A stretch of 57,238 nucleotides of DNA from positions 62,001 through 119,238 of the IMG/VR virus record IMGVR_UViG_3300025070_000012; one strand, 5' to 3'. How positions within the stretch are numbered: the stretch's first letter is position 1; each line of letters opens with the position of its first letter. The notes under the pieces are model-generated. The model saw nothing but the letters and a program-made list of their open reading frames with translations. It was not told the DNA's origin and searched no databases. A program made the position numbers and the translations under genes. This document shows positions 30,127 through 37,937 of the stretch, in pieces. This DNA is from an uncultured virus (IMG/VR IMGVR_UViG_3300025070_000012). Lineage: Duplodnaviria > Heunggongvirae > Uroviricota > Caudoviricetes.

Positions 30127-30359
30127 CTTTCACTTCTCCTTACTGTAACGAAACTTCCTTCTGGAGAATGAATTGCGTTTATCAACTCTTCCCACATCTG
30201 AGGATTGATTTCTAATATATTCGGTATATCACTTTCATCATCTTCTTGGCAAATATAGACGAGGTCATCATATGCGAGAATTTTTAAATCACCATGATTA
30301 CCTGTGTCGTCTAATATTGTAATTGCCACTTCATCCATATCAAACTCGACGGTGTACAT
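30123..30359 (-). CDS. Hypothetical protein
   Basis: 78 aa, acidic, translationally coupled to neighbours. Confidence 0.65.
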   Translation of the reverse strand: MYTVEFDMDEVAITILDDTGNHGDLKILAYDDLVYICQEDDESDIPNILEINPQMWEELINAIHSPEGSFVTVRRSER

Positions 30360-30508
30360 TACATCTTCCTTCTATATTCACAATATCCCTGCACCCATCC
30401 CTCATATATTCCATATGCAAGAATAGGGCCGATAAATGGGACGAAAAAGAAATTCATCATAAACCACGAACAAATTATTGCCGCAACAATGTCATACCAT
30501 TGTATCAA
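30359..30508 (-). CDS. Small membrane protein (49 aa, TTG start)
   Basis: IQWYDIVAAIICSWFMMNFFFVPFIGPILAYGIYEGWVQGYCEYRRKM; GAGGT RBS; TAATG coupling to the next gene. Confidence 0.55.
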   Translation of the reverse strand: MIQWYDIVAAIICSWFMMNFFFVPFIGPILAYGIYEGWVQGYCEYRRKM

Positions 30509-30521
30509 GTTCTATTACCTC

Positions 30522-30938
30522 TTATAGATCAGCCAATAATGCCTTTAGTTTCTTTTTTGATTTACCCTTTACTTTAGCTTTTGAGATATCGTTATCTCCA
30601 TCACCCACAACTACAATGGCAATCATACCCATTGACTTGTGTGGTGAACACTGATACAAGTAAACGCCTGGCGTGTCAAATGTAATTGCCACTTCTTTAT
30701 TAAGTTTTGATTTCTTTGGTGCATCCCATCCATCTGGGCCAGCAATGAATTCTACATTGTGTCCTTTTGAAGTTGGAACCCACGTGATTGTATCACCTAC
30801 ATCAATACGTGCGATATCTTCACTGTATACCATCTTTGCACCATCGTCACGTTTATTCAACATTTCAATAGTCATATCTTCAGCGTATGCTGATGTTGCG
30901 AAAAGTGCCATAAGACTAGCAGTAATTAGATTTTTCAT
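30522..30938 (-). CDS. Pseudoazurin-type blue copper protein (cupredoxin) with signal peptide
   Basis: Signal peptide ending AYA. MLNK...MVYS...GDTITWVPTSKGHNVEFI; type 1 Cu ligands H(GHNV) and C-x2-H-x4-M (YQCSPHKSMGM). Confidence 0.88.
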   Translation of the reverse strand: MKNLITASLMALFATSAYAEDMTIEMLNKRDDGAKMVYSEDIARIDVGDTITWVPTSKGHNVEFIAGPDGWDAPKKSKLNKEVAITFDTPGVYLYQCSPHKSMGMIAIVVVGDGDNDISKAKVKGKSKKKLKALLADL

Positions 30939-30952
30939 TTTGTTTCCTATCT

Positions 30953-31159
30953 TTATTTCTTTACATTAAGATTGGACGGATTATATTGTTCGCCATTATA
31001 GGCAGGATAGGTGTCGTCCTCTACCCCAAAGTTACACGATGCCACAATCAATAAGAATGCGATTGAGGCATAGGTAGTTCTTTTAGACCATAATATAAAA
31101 CCTTCAAATGTTTTCTCCGCTTCTTTCTGAGCGGCTGCACGTACTTCATCATCGGTCAT
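30953..31159 (-). CDS. aa3-type cytochrome c oxidase subunit IV-like small membrane protein
   Basis: EAEKTFEGFILWSKRTTYASIAFLLIVA resembles the alphaproteobacterial subunit IV pattern (EKTFxGF followed by one TM helix). Confidence 0.55.
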   Translation of the reverse strand: MTDDEVRAAAQKEAEKTFEGFILWSKRTTYASIAFLLIVASCNFGVEDDTYPAYNGEQYNPSNLNVKK

Positions 31160-31335
31160 AGTGATCTCGTTCCATAATAAGATCGATAGACTTCTGCGAG
31201 TTCTTGTTGGTCAGTAGACTCTTGAACTACGTAGTCGGTTTTATCAATTCTTGTTCCATCTGCAATTGCAATAGCATCTTCATATCGTGATGCGATTGCA
31301 ATAATTTCACCAGATTTTTTTCTAACGATATGCAT
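31156..31335 (-). CDS. Hypothetical protein
   Basis: MHIVRKKSGEIIAIASRYEDA...; TAATG coupling. Confidence 0.55.
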   Translation of the reverse strand: MHIVRKKSGEIIAIASRYEDAIAIADGTRIDKTDYVVQESTDQQELAEVYRSYYGTRSL

Positions 31336-31505
31336 TAGTTCAGACCAAAGCAAGGTAAGATGTTGACATTGCAGTAACGTCCATATTCTTCAAGTCCTAC
31401 CATTGCCATTAACATTAATACTGGTACAACAGCAATCATTAAAACAACAACTAAGAATGCCCAACCCAAACCTTTGGTTGTGCAATAGTTTGTTTGTTCA
31501 CTCAT
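31335..31505 (-). CDS. Small single-pass membrane protein with paired C-terminal Cys
   Basis: MSEQTNYCTTKGLGWAFLVVVLMIAVVPVLMLMAMVG...YCNVNILPCFGLN. Confidence 0.6.
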   Translation of the reverse strand: MSEQTNYCTTKGLGWAFLVVVLMIAVVPVLMLMAMVGLEEYGRYCNVNILPCFGLN

Positions 31506-31869
31506 GCTCGCCACCGTTTGCTCGTCCATTATATTTACGGCCTGATTTCAAAATGTTGTTGAGTGATTCTGGATTGTTTTCTGCTTGACGGAATGTTATA
31601 ACAGTAATTGTAATACCACTGATAAGCAGTAAGTGAAAGGCCGCACTGATACCAAACGCAAGATAACTTCCTACCATCAGGGCAAAGATACCACTCCAGA
31701 TAAAGAATAGACACTGAAAGATCATGTGTCCTACCATAGGGTCTAGATTACGTAGTGGTGACTTTTCTATTGTCATGACGCTGTCCCACATATCACGTGG
31801 AATACTTGCAATTTCAGTTAGTGTGGTTGCCCATCCAATGGGTCTCTGTGTGTTCTGTTTTTTTGACAT
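31498..31869 (-). CDS. Two-TM membrane protein with a His at or in each helix
   Basis: SPLRNLDPMVGHMIFQCLFFIWSGIFALMVGSYLAFGISAAFHLLLISGITITVITF. Confidence 0.65.
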   Translation of the reverse strand: MSKKQNTQRPIGWATTLTEIASIPRDMWDSVMTIEKSPLRNLDPMVGHMIFQCLFFIWSGIFALMVGSYLAFGISAAFHLLLISGITITVITFRQAENNPESLNNILKSGRKYNGRANGGEHE

Positions 31870-31871
31870 GA

Positions 31872-32120
31872 TTACATTCCTATTGCTTTCATATATGTTT
31901 CCAACAACGCCTCTTCATTAGCGATGTCATCTGCATCACGTTTCCTTAGTGATACAATTTTTTTGAGGATCTTAGGTTCGTATCCTCGTGCCTTTGCTTC
32001 TTCGCATACAGATTTTACATCTCCACGAAGATCAAGTAACTGTTCATCTAAACGTTCGAGACGTTCGATGAAAGACATGACTTCTGCCTCAGCACTATCG
32101 AAGTCTTGTTCATCACTCAT
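31872..32120 (-). CDS. gapR: GapR / DUF2312-family DNA-binding protein
   Basis: SFIERLERLDEQ...DVKSVCEEAKARGYEPKILKKIVSLRKRD...EEALLETYMKAIGM matches the DUF2312 pattern along its length. Confidence 0.85.
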   Translation of the reverse strand: MSDEQDFDSAEAEVMSFIERLERLDEQLLDLRGDVKSVCEEAKARGYEPKILKKIVSLRKRDADDIANEEALLETYMKAIGM

Positions 32121-32373
32121 CGTCTTCACGCTCTTCCATTTCCCACATTTCAGATTCGTGAGAGTTGATTAGATTACTGAATCCAATTTGGAATGGTGAG
32201 TATTCATTCAGTTCATGATCACGGAAGTTTTCAATTTCACGGATCTGTTCTTCGGTAATTTCAGTGATCTCTGAAACACCATAATGTTCAAACACATATT
32301 CATAAACCGTATCAGTAACTTCCGATTCAATGCGTTCTTCCCATTTATAAATTCGAGGCCATTCAAACGACAT
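32113..32373 (-). CDS. Hypothetical acidic protein
   Basis: 86 aa, AGGAG RBS, overlaps neighbours. Confidence 0.6.
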   Translation of the reverse strand: MSFEWPRIYKWEERIESEVTDTVYEYVFEHYGVSEITEITEEQIREIENFRDHELNEYSPFQIGFSNLINSHESEMWEMEEREDDE

Positions 32374-32974
32374 TTTTGTCTCCTTTTACATAAAAATTAG
32401 GGTTAAATTGTTTTGAAAATGGAACAGTATGTTTATCAACGTTTTCCCATTTTGCAGTTGATGGTTTCCATCCAGTGATGTTCTGAATATCTCTCAGATA
32501 TATATTCCAGTTTTCGAACCAGTCTTGGTAATCCCTGTAATAGAAATTAGGTTTACTCATTGAGTCCTGTCTCCAACTTTCCCAAGAATTCCAGACGCAG
32601 TTTAAAGATGCTTCCATTAAATGTTTTGCAGCTCCTTTGTCTGGGTGGTTGTGAGTTTGAATAAAATCAACTTTCCGTCTACGGATTGAAGACTTCCAAA
32701 CATCTAACGTTTTGTGTGTTCCAATAAACAGAATTGATTGATTTTCAAGTTCTAGGTTCTGAAGATCAAATGCGCCTGGAAAATATCCAAACGCTTTCTG
32801 TTCTTTACCATGCCTGTTTTCAACCCAATCTGGATTGATACCCAATGGTGTGAGATGTTTCCAATGAGCCTGATTTGAGTAACATGGAATATCTGGAAAG
32901 TTGTGTTCCATCAATCTGTGTATCCAATTCGTACCAGATCGTTGTAACCCAACTACGTGGTAATTGGTGAACAT
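32363..32974 (-). CDS. Sulfotransferase-like protein
   Basis: N-terminal VVGLQRSGTNW resembles the 5'-PAPS-binding loop; WKH motif follows. Confidence 0.5.
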   Translation of the reverse strand: MFTNYHVVGLQRSGTNWIHRLMEHNFPDIPCYSNQAHWKHLTPLGINPDWVENRHGKEQKAFGYFPGAFDLQNLELENQSILFIGTHKTLDVWKSSIRRRKVDFIQTHNHPDKGAAKHLMEASLNCVWNSWESWRQDSMSKPNFYYRDYQDWFENWNIYLRDIQNITGWKPSTAKWENVDKHTVPFSKQFNPNFYVKGDKNVV

Positions 32975-33102
32975 TAACGAAGCATCCTCATACAAGTAAA
33001 TATTGAATGATCATTAAGACAGTCTCTCCACATATGCATTAGTAGTGCAACTACCAAACCTATTGTTATCACCCCAGCGACGATATAAATCAAATCCTTC
33101 AT
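32974..33102 (-). CDS. Small membrane protein (42 aa)
   Basis: MKDLIYIVAGVITIGLVVALLMHMWRDCLNDHSIFTCMRMLR; fills the gap exactly with overlaps at both ends. Confidence 0.55.
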   Translation of the reverse strand: MKDLIYIVAGVITIGLVVALLMHMWRDCLNDHSIFTCMRMLR

Positions 33103-33608
33103 AACACAAAAGTCCTTCCTTCAGACAGATGCAAAGGCAATTCTCTTACCTTGTCTGACACGTTTTTCTTTTTGAATTTTTTAGTGATCGTCGGGTACTG
33201 TAGTATAACTTCTTTTTCTACAACTAGACATTTCGTACGAGAGTAATTCAAGAAAACCATGAAGAACGGACGATCCTCGAGCAAGTATTTATTCTTTCGG
33301 CCGAGGAAGTGAATGTGACGATAGTACGCAGGCCACTCTTTATCCCATGCAGACCATCTTTCAAATTCAAAGTCTACCACTGGATTGTTGTTTTCGTCGA
33401 CTAAAGATAAATCAACACCATACTGCCCATAGAAGTGAGGCCTGAAATACATTGGTTCACGTCCAACCGCATCACCAATGTGATCCAACAAACTGGAGTT
33501 CTTCTTTACGCCTCTGATGAATGCATCAATTTCTTTTTCATCATCAAAAGAGTCTTTCCTATCACCATAGGAACCCCATTTGGTTCTATCTGTATTCGAT
33601 ACTAACAT
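33099..33608 (-). CDS. Hypothetical protein, possible PD-(D/E)XK nuclease fold
   Basis: YGVDL...DFEFERW acidic pattern; family assignment tentative. Confidence 0.45.
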   Translation of the reverse strand: MLVSNTDRTKWGSYGDRKDSFDDEKEIDAFIRGVKKNSSLLDHIGDAVGREPMYFRPHFYGQYGVDLSLVDENNNPVVDFEFERWSAWDKEWPAYYRHIHFLGRKNKYLLEDRPFFMVFLNYSRTKCLVVEKEVILQYPTITKKFKKKNVSDKVRELPLHLSEGRTFVL

Positions 33609-33785
33609 TTAAGAATAGGCGAATTGTTCTGGATCTGGTTCGTATGAGAACTCACCATTCATTTCTTTTTGAACCTGTTCCCAAACATCTTGTTGGGTAA
33701 CACCATGTTTACGAACGAAGACAGGTTTAGACATCCATGCAGCGTCTTCTTGCATCTCCATTACCCATTGTCCAACTTTACTCAT
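33609..33785 (-). CDS. Hypothetical protein
   Basis: MSKVGQWVMEMQEDA...; GAGGAG RBS. Confidence 0.6.
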   Translation of the reverse strand: MSKVGQWVMEMQEDAAWMSKPVFVRKHGVTQQDVWEQVQKEMNGEFSYEPDPEQFAYS

Positions 33786-33796
33786 TATATATCTCC

Positions 33797-34054
33797 TCAA
33801 TCAAATTCTGGTGGGACGTTCTTATCTATTAGATTTCCCCGAGCAGTTTCATATTCTTTAGTGGGATGTTCTTCTTTCTTTCGAATTACCAAACCATTTG
33901 TGCCATATTCTACCACAAGAGTATCACCAATGTCAAGCCCTAAAGATTCCATTATTATAGGTGGAAGTTTCATAATGACATTGTCGGGATCACCTTCGAT
34001 TTCTTCGAAGAGATCCTCTGCCTTTATAGTACCCACTTCAGCTGGTTTGACCAT
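33797..34054 (-). CDS. AbrB/MazE/SpoVT-like DNA-binding protein
   Basis: IMKLPPIIMESLGLDIGDTLVVEYGTNGLVIRK swapped-hairpin pattern. Confidence 0.6.
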   Translation of the reverse strand: MVKPAEVGTIKAEDLFEEIEGDPDNVIMKLPPIIMESLGLDIGDTLVVEYGTNGLVIRKKEEHPTKEYETARGNLIDKNVPPEFD

Positions 34055-34211
34055 TTTCTACATCCTCATCGTTCATGTATGCACTGACAAGTGCGTCCAA
34101 CTTTTCCTTCGCCTGGCCTGTAAGTTCGAGAACAGAATCGGGTAGACCCTCAATCTCTTCTCGTTCTTGCATTTTACGAAGATTTTCTACCAACTCCGAA
34201 AAGTCACTCAT
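34038..34211 (-). CDS. Hypothetical protein (57 aa)
   Basis: MSDFSELVENLRKMQEREEIEGLPDSVLEL...; ATGA overlap with the upstream gene. Confidence 0.55.
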   Translation of the reverse strand: MSDFSELVENLRKMQEREEIEGLPDSVLELTGQAKEKLDALVSAYMNDEDVENGQTS

Positions 34212-34423
34212 AGACCAAGAATCCTTCCAGCGTCACTAGTGATTTTTTTACCCGAACGTAACCATTCTTCACACTGTTCAAAATAGAATGCAGTGTCTTC
34301 ATGACCTTCACGTTCAAGAACTTCTTTTGCGGATTTGAAGAATGTGACAAGAGTCATATCATTGATCTGACCCCCATCATTCATCGATGCTGGTTTCCAC
34401 TTACCACTACGTTGATTACTCAT
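34208..34423 (-). CDS. Hypothetical protein
   Basis: MSNQRSGKWKPAS...; AAGGAGG RBS. Confidence 0.6.
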   Translation of the reverse strand: MSNQRSGKWKPASMNDGGQINDMTLVTFFKSAKEVLEREGHEDTAFYFEQCEEWLRSGKKITSDAGRILGL

Positions 34424-34424
34424 A

Positions 34425-34964
34425 TTAAGCTGCCTCCTTCGCAGGTTCCATAGTTGACATAATAGAATTGAACTCATCCTCATACGAGTAAGGAAGGTTC
34501 ATATCGTAACAGGCATAACTGCCTCCATACATGAGGTCATACTCAGTGAAACACTGAGCCTCAAGTAACCAACGGATCGCTGTCTCACGATCAACAGAGT
34601 TAGATGTCATAAGTTCGGTAACAGTACCTTCGAACTTTGCAACATTCTCCTCTTCAATTCTTTTGTCTTCATCGAACTGACGAGAGGCGGCATCACCATA
34701 TTCATCTGCCATCTCTTCAAGTTGTGAAGTGGTGTAAGTGTCCCAATCAAGATTGATCTTGGAACCGTATGCAGCTTTACTGCATTCACGAATAGTACAG
34801 ACCAACTGATCACGTACGTAATCGTCGACTGTGAAAATACCACCTTCATTCCAGAAGGCTTCATCAGTGGTAATCATACCACCCCAACGGTTGTCTGGAT
34901 CTTCGTCCATCCAAGCCTGAGTTTTGGCGTTCTGCGCCTCGATATAATTGATAAGTTCTGACAT
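34425..34964 (-). CDS. Hypothetical early protein
   Basis: 179 aa, acidic, GAGGAG RBS. Confidence 0.7.
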   Translation of the reverse strand: MSELINYIEAQNAKTQAWMDEDPDNRWGGMITTDEAFWNEGGIFTVDDYVRDQLVCTIRECSKAAYGSKINLDWDTYTTSQLEEMADEYGDAASRQFDEDKRIEEENVAKFEGTVTELMTSNSVDRETAIRWLLEAQCFTEYDLMYGGSYACYDMNLPYSYEDEFNSIMSTMEPAKEAA

Positions 34965-35269
34965 TATGCAAGCTCCTCAAATCCAACCATTGCAACTTTG
35001 TATTTGGTGTTTCCCAACAACATATGGTCACCCATAGATGTCGAACGCAAACCAAACTTTCTACCTTCGTGTTCTGGAAGTTCACCGACAACAGTAACGT
35101 CATCGTTACCATCGGCTTCCATCTTCAAAGACCAAGAGTCCATGATGTTCTGTGTCCAACGATACGCATATTCCAAAGCGGAAGTACCGTCACGATCACC
35201 GACTTCTACCAACGCAACAGTACGTGGTGTTTCTTCGAAGGCGGCGTGGATAACTGCAACTTGTGTCAT
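34964..35269 (-). CDS. Hypothetical early protein (RSTSMGD motif)
   Basis: 101 aa; first gene behind an early promoter. Confidence 0.7.
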   Translation of the reverse strand: MTQVAVIHAAFEETPRTVALVEVGDRDGTSALEYAYRWTQNIMDSWSLKMEADGNDDVTVVGELPEHEGRKFGLRSTSMGDHMLLGNTKYKVAMVGFEELA

Positions 35270-35299
35270 GATGTGTTCCTTTTCTCAACTTACAAACAT

Positions 35300-35331
35300 A
35301 TTCTACGACATTTTAGAGGCAATGTCAAGCC
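35300..35331 (-). promoter_or_regulatory. Early sigma70-type promoter
   Basis: GGCTTGACA-17 bp-TAGAAT on the minus strand. Confidence 0.75.
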
Positions 35332-35352
35332 TTTATTTGAATTAATTTCAAA

Positions 35353-35661
35353 TTAATTCGCAGGTTCATAGTCATCAACCCCAATGATTATTTTGGGAAA
35401 GGCACTATTGCTTTCTGGGAAAACCAGACCGAAATCTTCGATCATGATGTCACGTACCTTTTCACGGTCAAGTGAGTCACCAGCAAAAGAGAAACTGTCC
35501 TCTGGATTTGTACCGACTTGATCGATGTATTTTTGAGTGGCTTCAATGATGTGCGCAGGTGTCGCACCCATGTCATAAACCCCACCTGCACCGTAGAAGT
35601 CTTCTACATAGGCACAGAAGTCGATAATACCGTCGACGATGTTTTCTACTGAATTAGTCAT
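35353..35661 (-). CDS. Hypothetical early protein
   Basis: 102 aa; FYGAGGVYDMGAT and FAGDSLDREKVRDIM motifs. Confidence 0.7.
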   Translation of the reverse strand: MTNSVENIVDGIIDFCAYVEDFYGAGGVYDMGATPAHIIEATQKYIDQVGTNPEDSFSFAGDSLDREKVRDIMIEDFGLVFPESNSAFPKIIIGVDDYEPAN

Positions 35662-35834
35662 TATTCATACTCCATAGCTGATTCAAGTTGTTGTAACATT
35701 ATTTCGAATTCGTTTTTCATTGACTCTGCAGCCGCAATCGCAGCGTGATCAACATCTTCCATACTTCTATAAGAGGCGATGTTGTTGTCACAGGCAGAGA
35801 TATAATTTTGAAGTTCTTGTTGCATAGCGTCCAT
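35661..35834 (-). CDS. Hypothetical protein (57 aa)
   Basis: MDAMQQELQNYISACDNNIASYRSME...; AAGGA RBS, TAATG coupling. Confidence 0.6.
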   Translation of the reverse strand: MDAMQQELQNYISACDNNIASYRSMEDVDHAAIAAAESMKNEFEIMLQQLESAMEYE

Positions 35835-35844
35835 GATATATTCC

Positions 35845-35928
35845 TTAAGACATGAAGTAGATTACGAGACCAGCGATACACGCAATGGTCATTAGATCAG
35901 AGGCAAAATTGATAACTAGGTTTTTCAT
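35845..35928 (-). CDS. 27-aa hydrophobic peptide
   Basis: MKNLVINFASDLMTIACIAGLVIYFMS; first ORF after an early promoter. Confidence 0.45.
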   Translation of the reverse strand: MKNLVINFASDLMTIACIAGLVIYFMS

Positions 35929-35959
35929 TGGTGATTCGCTTTCTCTTGATTACAGTACT

Positions 35960-35990
35960 AATATACACGTTTTTCTGGGAATGTCAAGCC
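35960..35990 (-). promoter_or_regulatory. Early sigma70-type promoter
   Basis: GGCTTGACA-16 bp-TATATT, with an A-rich upstream element. Confidence 0.7.
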
Positions 35991-36006
35991 CTTTTTTGAA
36001 ATTATT

Positions 36007-36237
36007 TTAAATTAATTCCATAGCGTCATCCCAGATCTTTTTCGCATCATCGTGATGATCAAAACCTTCTTCGTCTGCAAAGTCCATGCTACTCTGGAAG
36101 TAGACATCGTAGTCATTAACTTTGTGAGTCGCAAGGATCCATGCAAGACCCTTTGCAGTCTTTGCACCACCAACAACATTGTTAACGCCTTTGTAGACTT
36201 TGACAAAACCGTGTTCTGCACTGATAAACATTTTCAT
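36007..36237 (-). CDS. Hypothetical early protein
   Basis: 76 aa; SSMDFADEEGF motif; directly behind a promoter. Confidence 0.65.
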   Translation of the reverse strand: MKMFISAEHGFVKVYKGVNNVVGGAKTAKGLAWILATHKVNDYDVYFQSSMDFADEEGFDHHDDAKKIWDDAMELI

Positions 36238-36272
36238 ATGAGACTCTCTTTCTTTTTTTAACTTACACTCTT

Positions 36273-36303
36273 AATATAATCATTTTTTCAAGAATGTCAA
36301 GCC
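36273..36303 (-). promoter_or_regulatory. Early sigma70-type promoter
   Basis: GGCTTGACA-16 bp-TATATT, with an A-rich upstream element. Confidence 0.7.
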
Positions 36304-36421
36304 CTTTTTTAACTTTTTTTGAAAATAATTTGACACTCTCTTGTCAAAAAATTGAATGGTCTATATTTGTCACTACGTCTGTCAAACTATTGACAATATT
36401 GATAGGTGGGGTATTCAATGG

Positions 36422-36429
36422 TATAAATA
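36422..36429 (+). promoter_or_regulatory. T4-type late promoter for the + strand island
   Basis: TATAAATA about 60 bp upstream of ATG 36488. Confidence 0.7.
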
Positions 36430-36487
36430 GTTCGACAAGTGCGTTGATTTGCAAAATTATACATGGTCAGATAGAATGGAGAAAATT

Positions 36488-37054
36488 ATGTTCAGACTTT
36501 TGCTAGGTGTGTTGGTTTTATACCTTGGTTTATCAGTTCCTGTTCAAGCGGAAGATGTGACGTGTCCAGAGGGATACGTATGTACAAGATCCGATACGGA
36601 CAGTACTGTTACTACACAAGGTAACATGACGACGAGAATCGAACAACCACCCCCATCAGCAATCTCACCACAATTTAGTGCAGGTAACAATAGTGACCTC
36701 TGTACTATTGGTGTCGCTGGTGCAGTGCAGACTCAGATCTTAGGTATCTCTGCAGGGGGAACGTTCACTGAAGAAAACTGTAAGCGACTAAAAAATGCAA
36801 AGACACTTTATGATATGGGCATGAAAGTGGCGGCGGTAAGCACCATGTGTCAAGATCCTTTAGTGTTTGATGCGATGATGAATGCAGGGACGCCCTGCCC
36901 ATATCAAGGATTGATAGGCGAGGCGGCGAAACTAGGATGGGAAACTCACGTTGAAGAAACTAAAAAAGAACTTAAGGAAATGGGCCCGATAGATGCTGAG
37001 AAAGCTGCTCCTCTCATTGGTGGTGGTCTTTTGGCCCTCTTACTCTTACTCTGA
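36488..37054 (+). CDS. Exported Cys-rich protein with a C-terminal hydrophobic tail
   Basis: Signal peptide ending VQA; six Cys; PPPSAISP, CTIGVAGAVQTQILGISAG, AGTPCP; ends GGGLLALLLLL. Confidence 0.7.
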   Translation: MFRLLLGVLVLYLGLSVPVQAEDVTCPEGYVCTRSDTDSTVTTQGNMTTRIEQPPPSAISPQFSAGNNSDLCTIGVAGAVQTQILGISAGGTFTEENCKRLKNAKTLYDMGMKVAAVSTMCQDPLVFDAMMNAGTPCPYQGLIGEAAKLGWETHVEETKKELKEMGPIDAEKAAPLIGGGLLALLLLL

Positions 37055-37901
37055 GAGTATTGCACCTTATTATGGGTATACAGGAAATGCCATTGTTGAC
37101 AATCATCTGAATTGGGTGATGAACAATGTGTTACCTGATCCAGAAGGTGTTTTTGTTGATAACGTAATATACAGTTATCAGATGCAAAAAGAGACTGGAG
37201 AATGGGTGACTGTTACTGTTGCAAATAAAACTGCAGACGGAACAGGGTTCATCTTTCGTGAAGTAGACGAGTGGAAGCCAGGAAGTGTTACTGGACAGAC
37301 GATTAATAAAGTCGTTCCTTTGGGACGAATACACAGAGATTTAATAGGTGACGGTTCTATCACTGTTGAAGGCGAAGGCACAGTTGTTGATGCAAGAGTG
37401 ATATACACATATAGAGTTGAACCATGTTACAACCCACAGTTTGATCCAAACTGTCCTAACTATGAAGTTCCTTATGTGGAACCGCCAGAAGTAGATTATG
37501 AGATTTATGATGCGCTGAATAATGGTGATGCAGATAGACGAGATTACGAGGGTGATGATAAAAGATATGAAGATGATGAGTCACTAACTGAAGAAGAAAA
37601 AGCCGAGTTGAAAGAAAAAGAAGACGAGGAAAGAAACGATAGATTAGAAAAAGCACTCGCTGCTGCAGGGACATCAGAAATGTTTGCTCTAGCGGTTGCG
37701 AAGTCACAGATAATTGATGCGATGAATTTAGCTGTCAGTATGAATCAATATTATGGCCAATCCATCCCAGGCGGGAATTATAATGATACGGTTGTTCTAC
37801 TGGATAAACAACTACCAGAGAATAAACGTGGATTGAGGAATGGACTAGCGCAACAACTGCTGCATGAACAGATGATTGACATGCAGTATAATAATAGATG
37901 A
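36993..37901 (+). CDS. Exported protein (beta-rich domain, Cys pair, acidic coiled coil)
   Basis: Signal peptide ending SYS; CYNPQFDPNCP; acidic helical C-terminal half. Confidence 0.7.
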   Translation: MLRKLLLSLVVVFWPSYSYSESIAPYYGYTGNAIVDNHLNWVMNNVLPDPEGVFVDNVIYSYQMQKETGEWVTVTVANKTADGTGFIFREVDEWKPGSVTGQTINKVVPLGRIHRDLIGDGSITVEGEGTVVDARVIYTYRVEPCYNPQFDPNCPNYEVPYVEPPEVDYEIYDALNNGDADRRDYEGDDKRYEDDESLTEEEKAELKEKEDEERNDRLEKALAAAGTSEMFALAVAKSQIIDAMNLAVSMNQYYGQSIPGGNYNDTVVLLDKQLPENKRGLRNGLAQQLLHEQMIDMQYNNR

Positions 37902-37937
37902 TGGTTATGCCATCAGAAAAAGGAACAGGAGAATTCC

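Noticed and set aside
36329..36395. FNR box or Pho box
   Set aside because: Spacings do not fit. FNR needs TTGAT-N4-ATCAA, whereas this is TTGAC-N8-GTCAA or the inverted arrangement; the TGTCA direct repeats are 12 and 26 bp apart, not 11.
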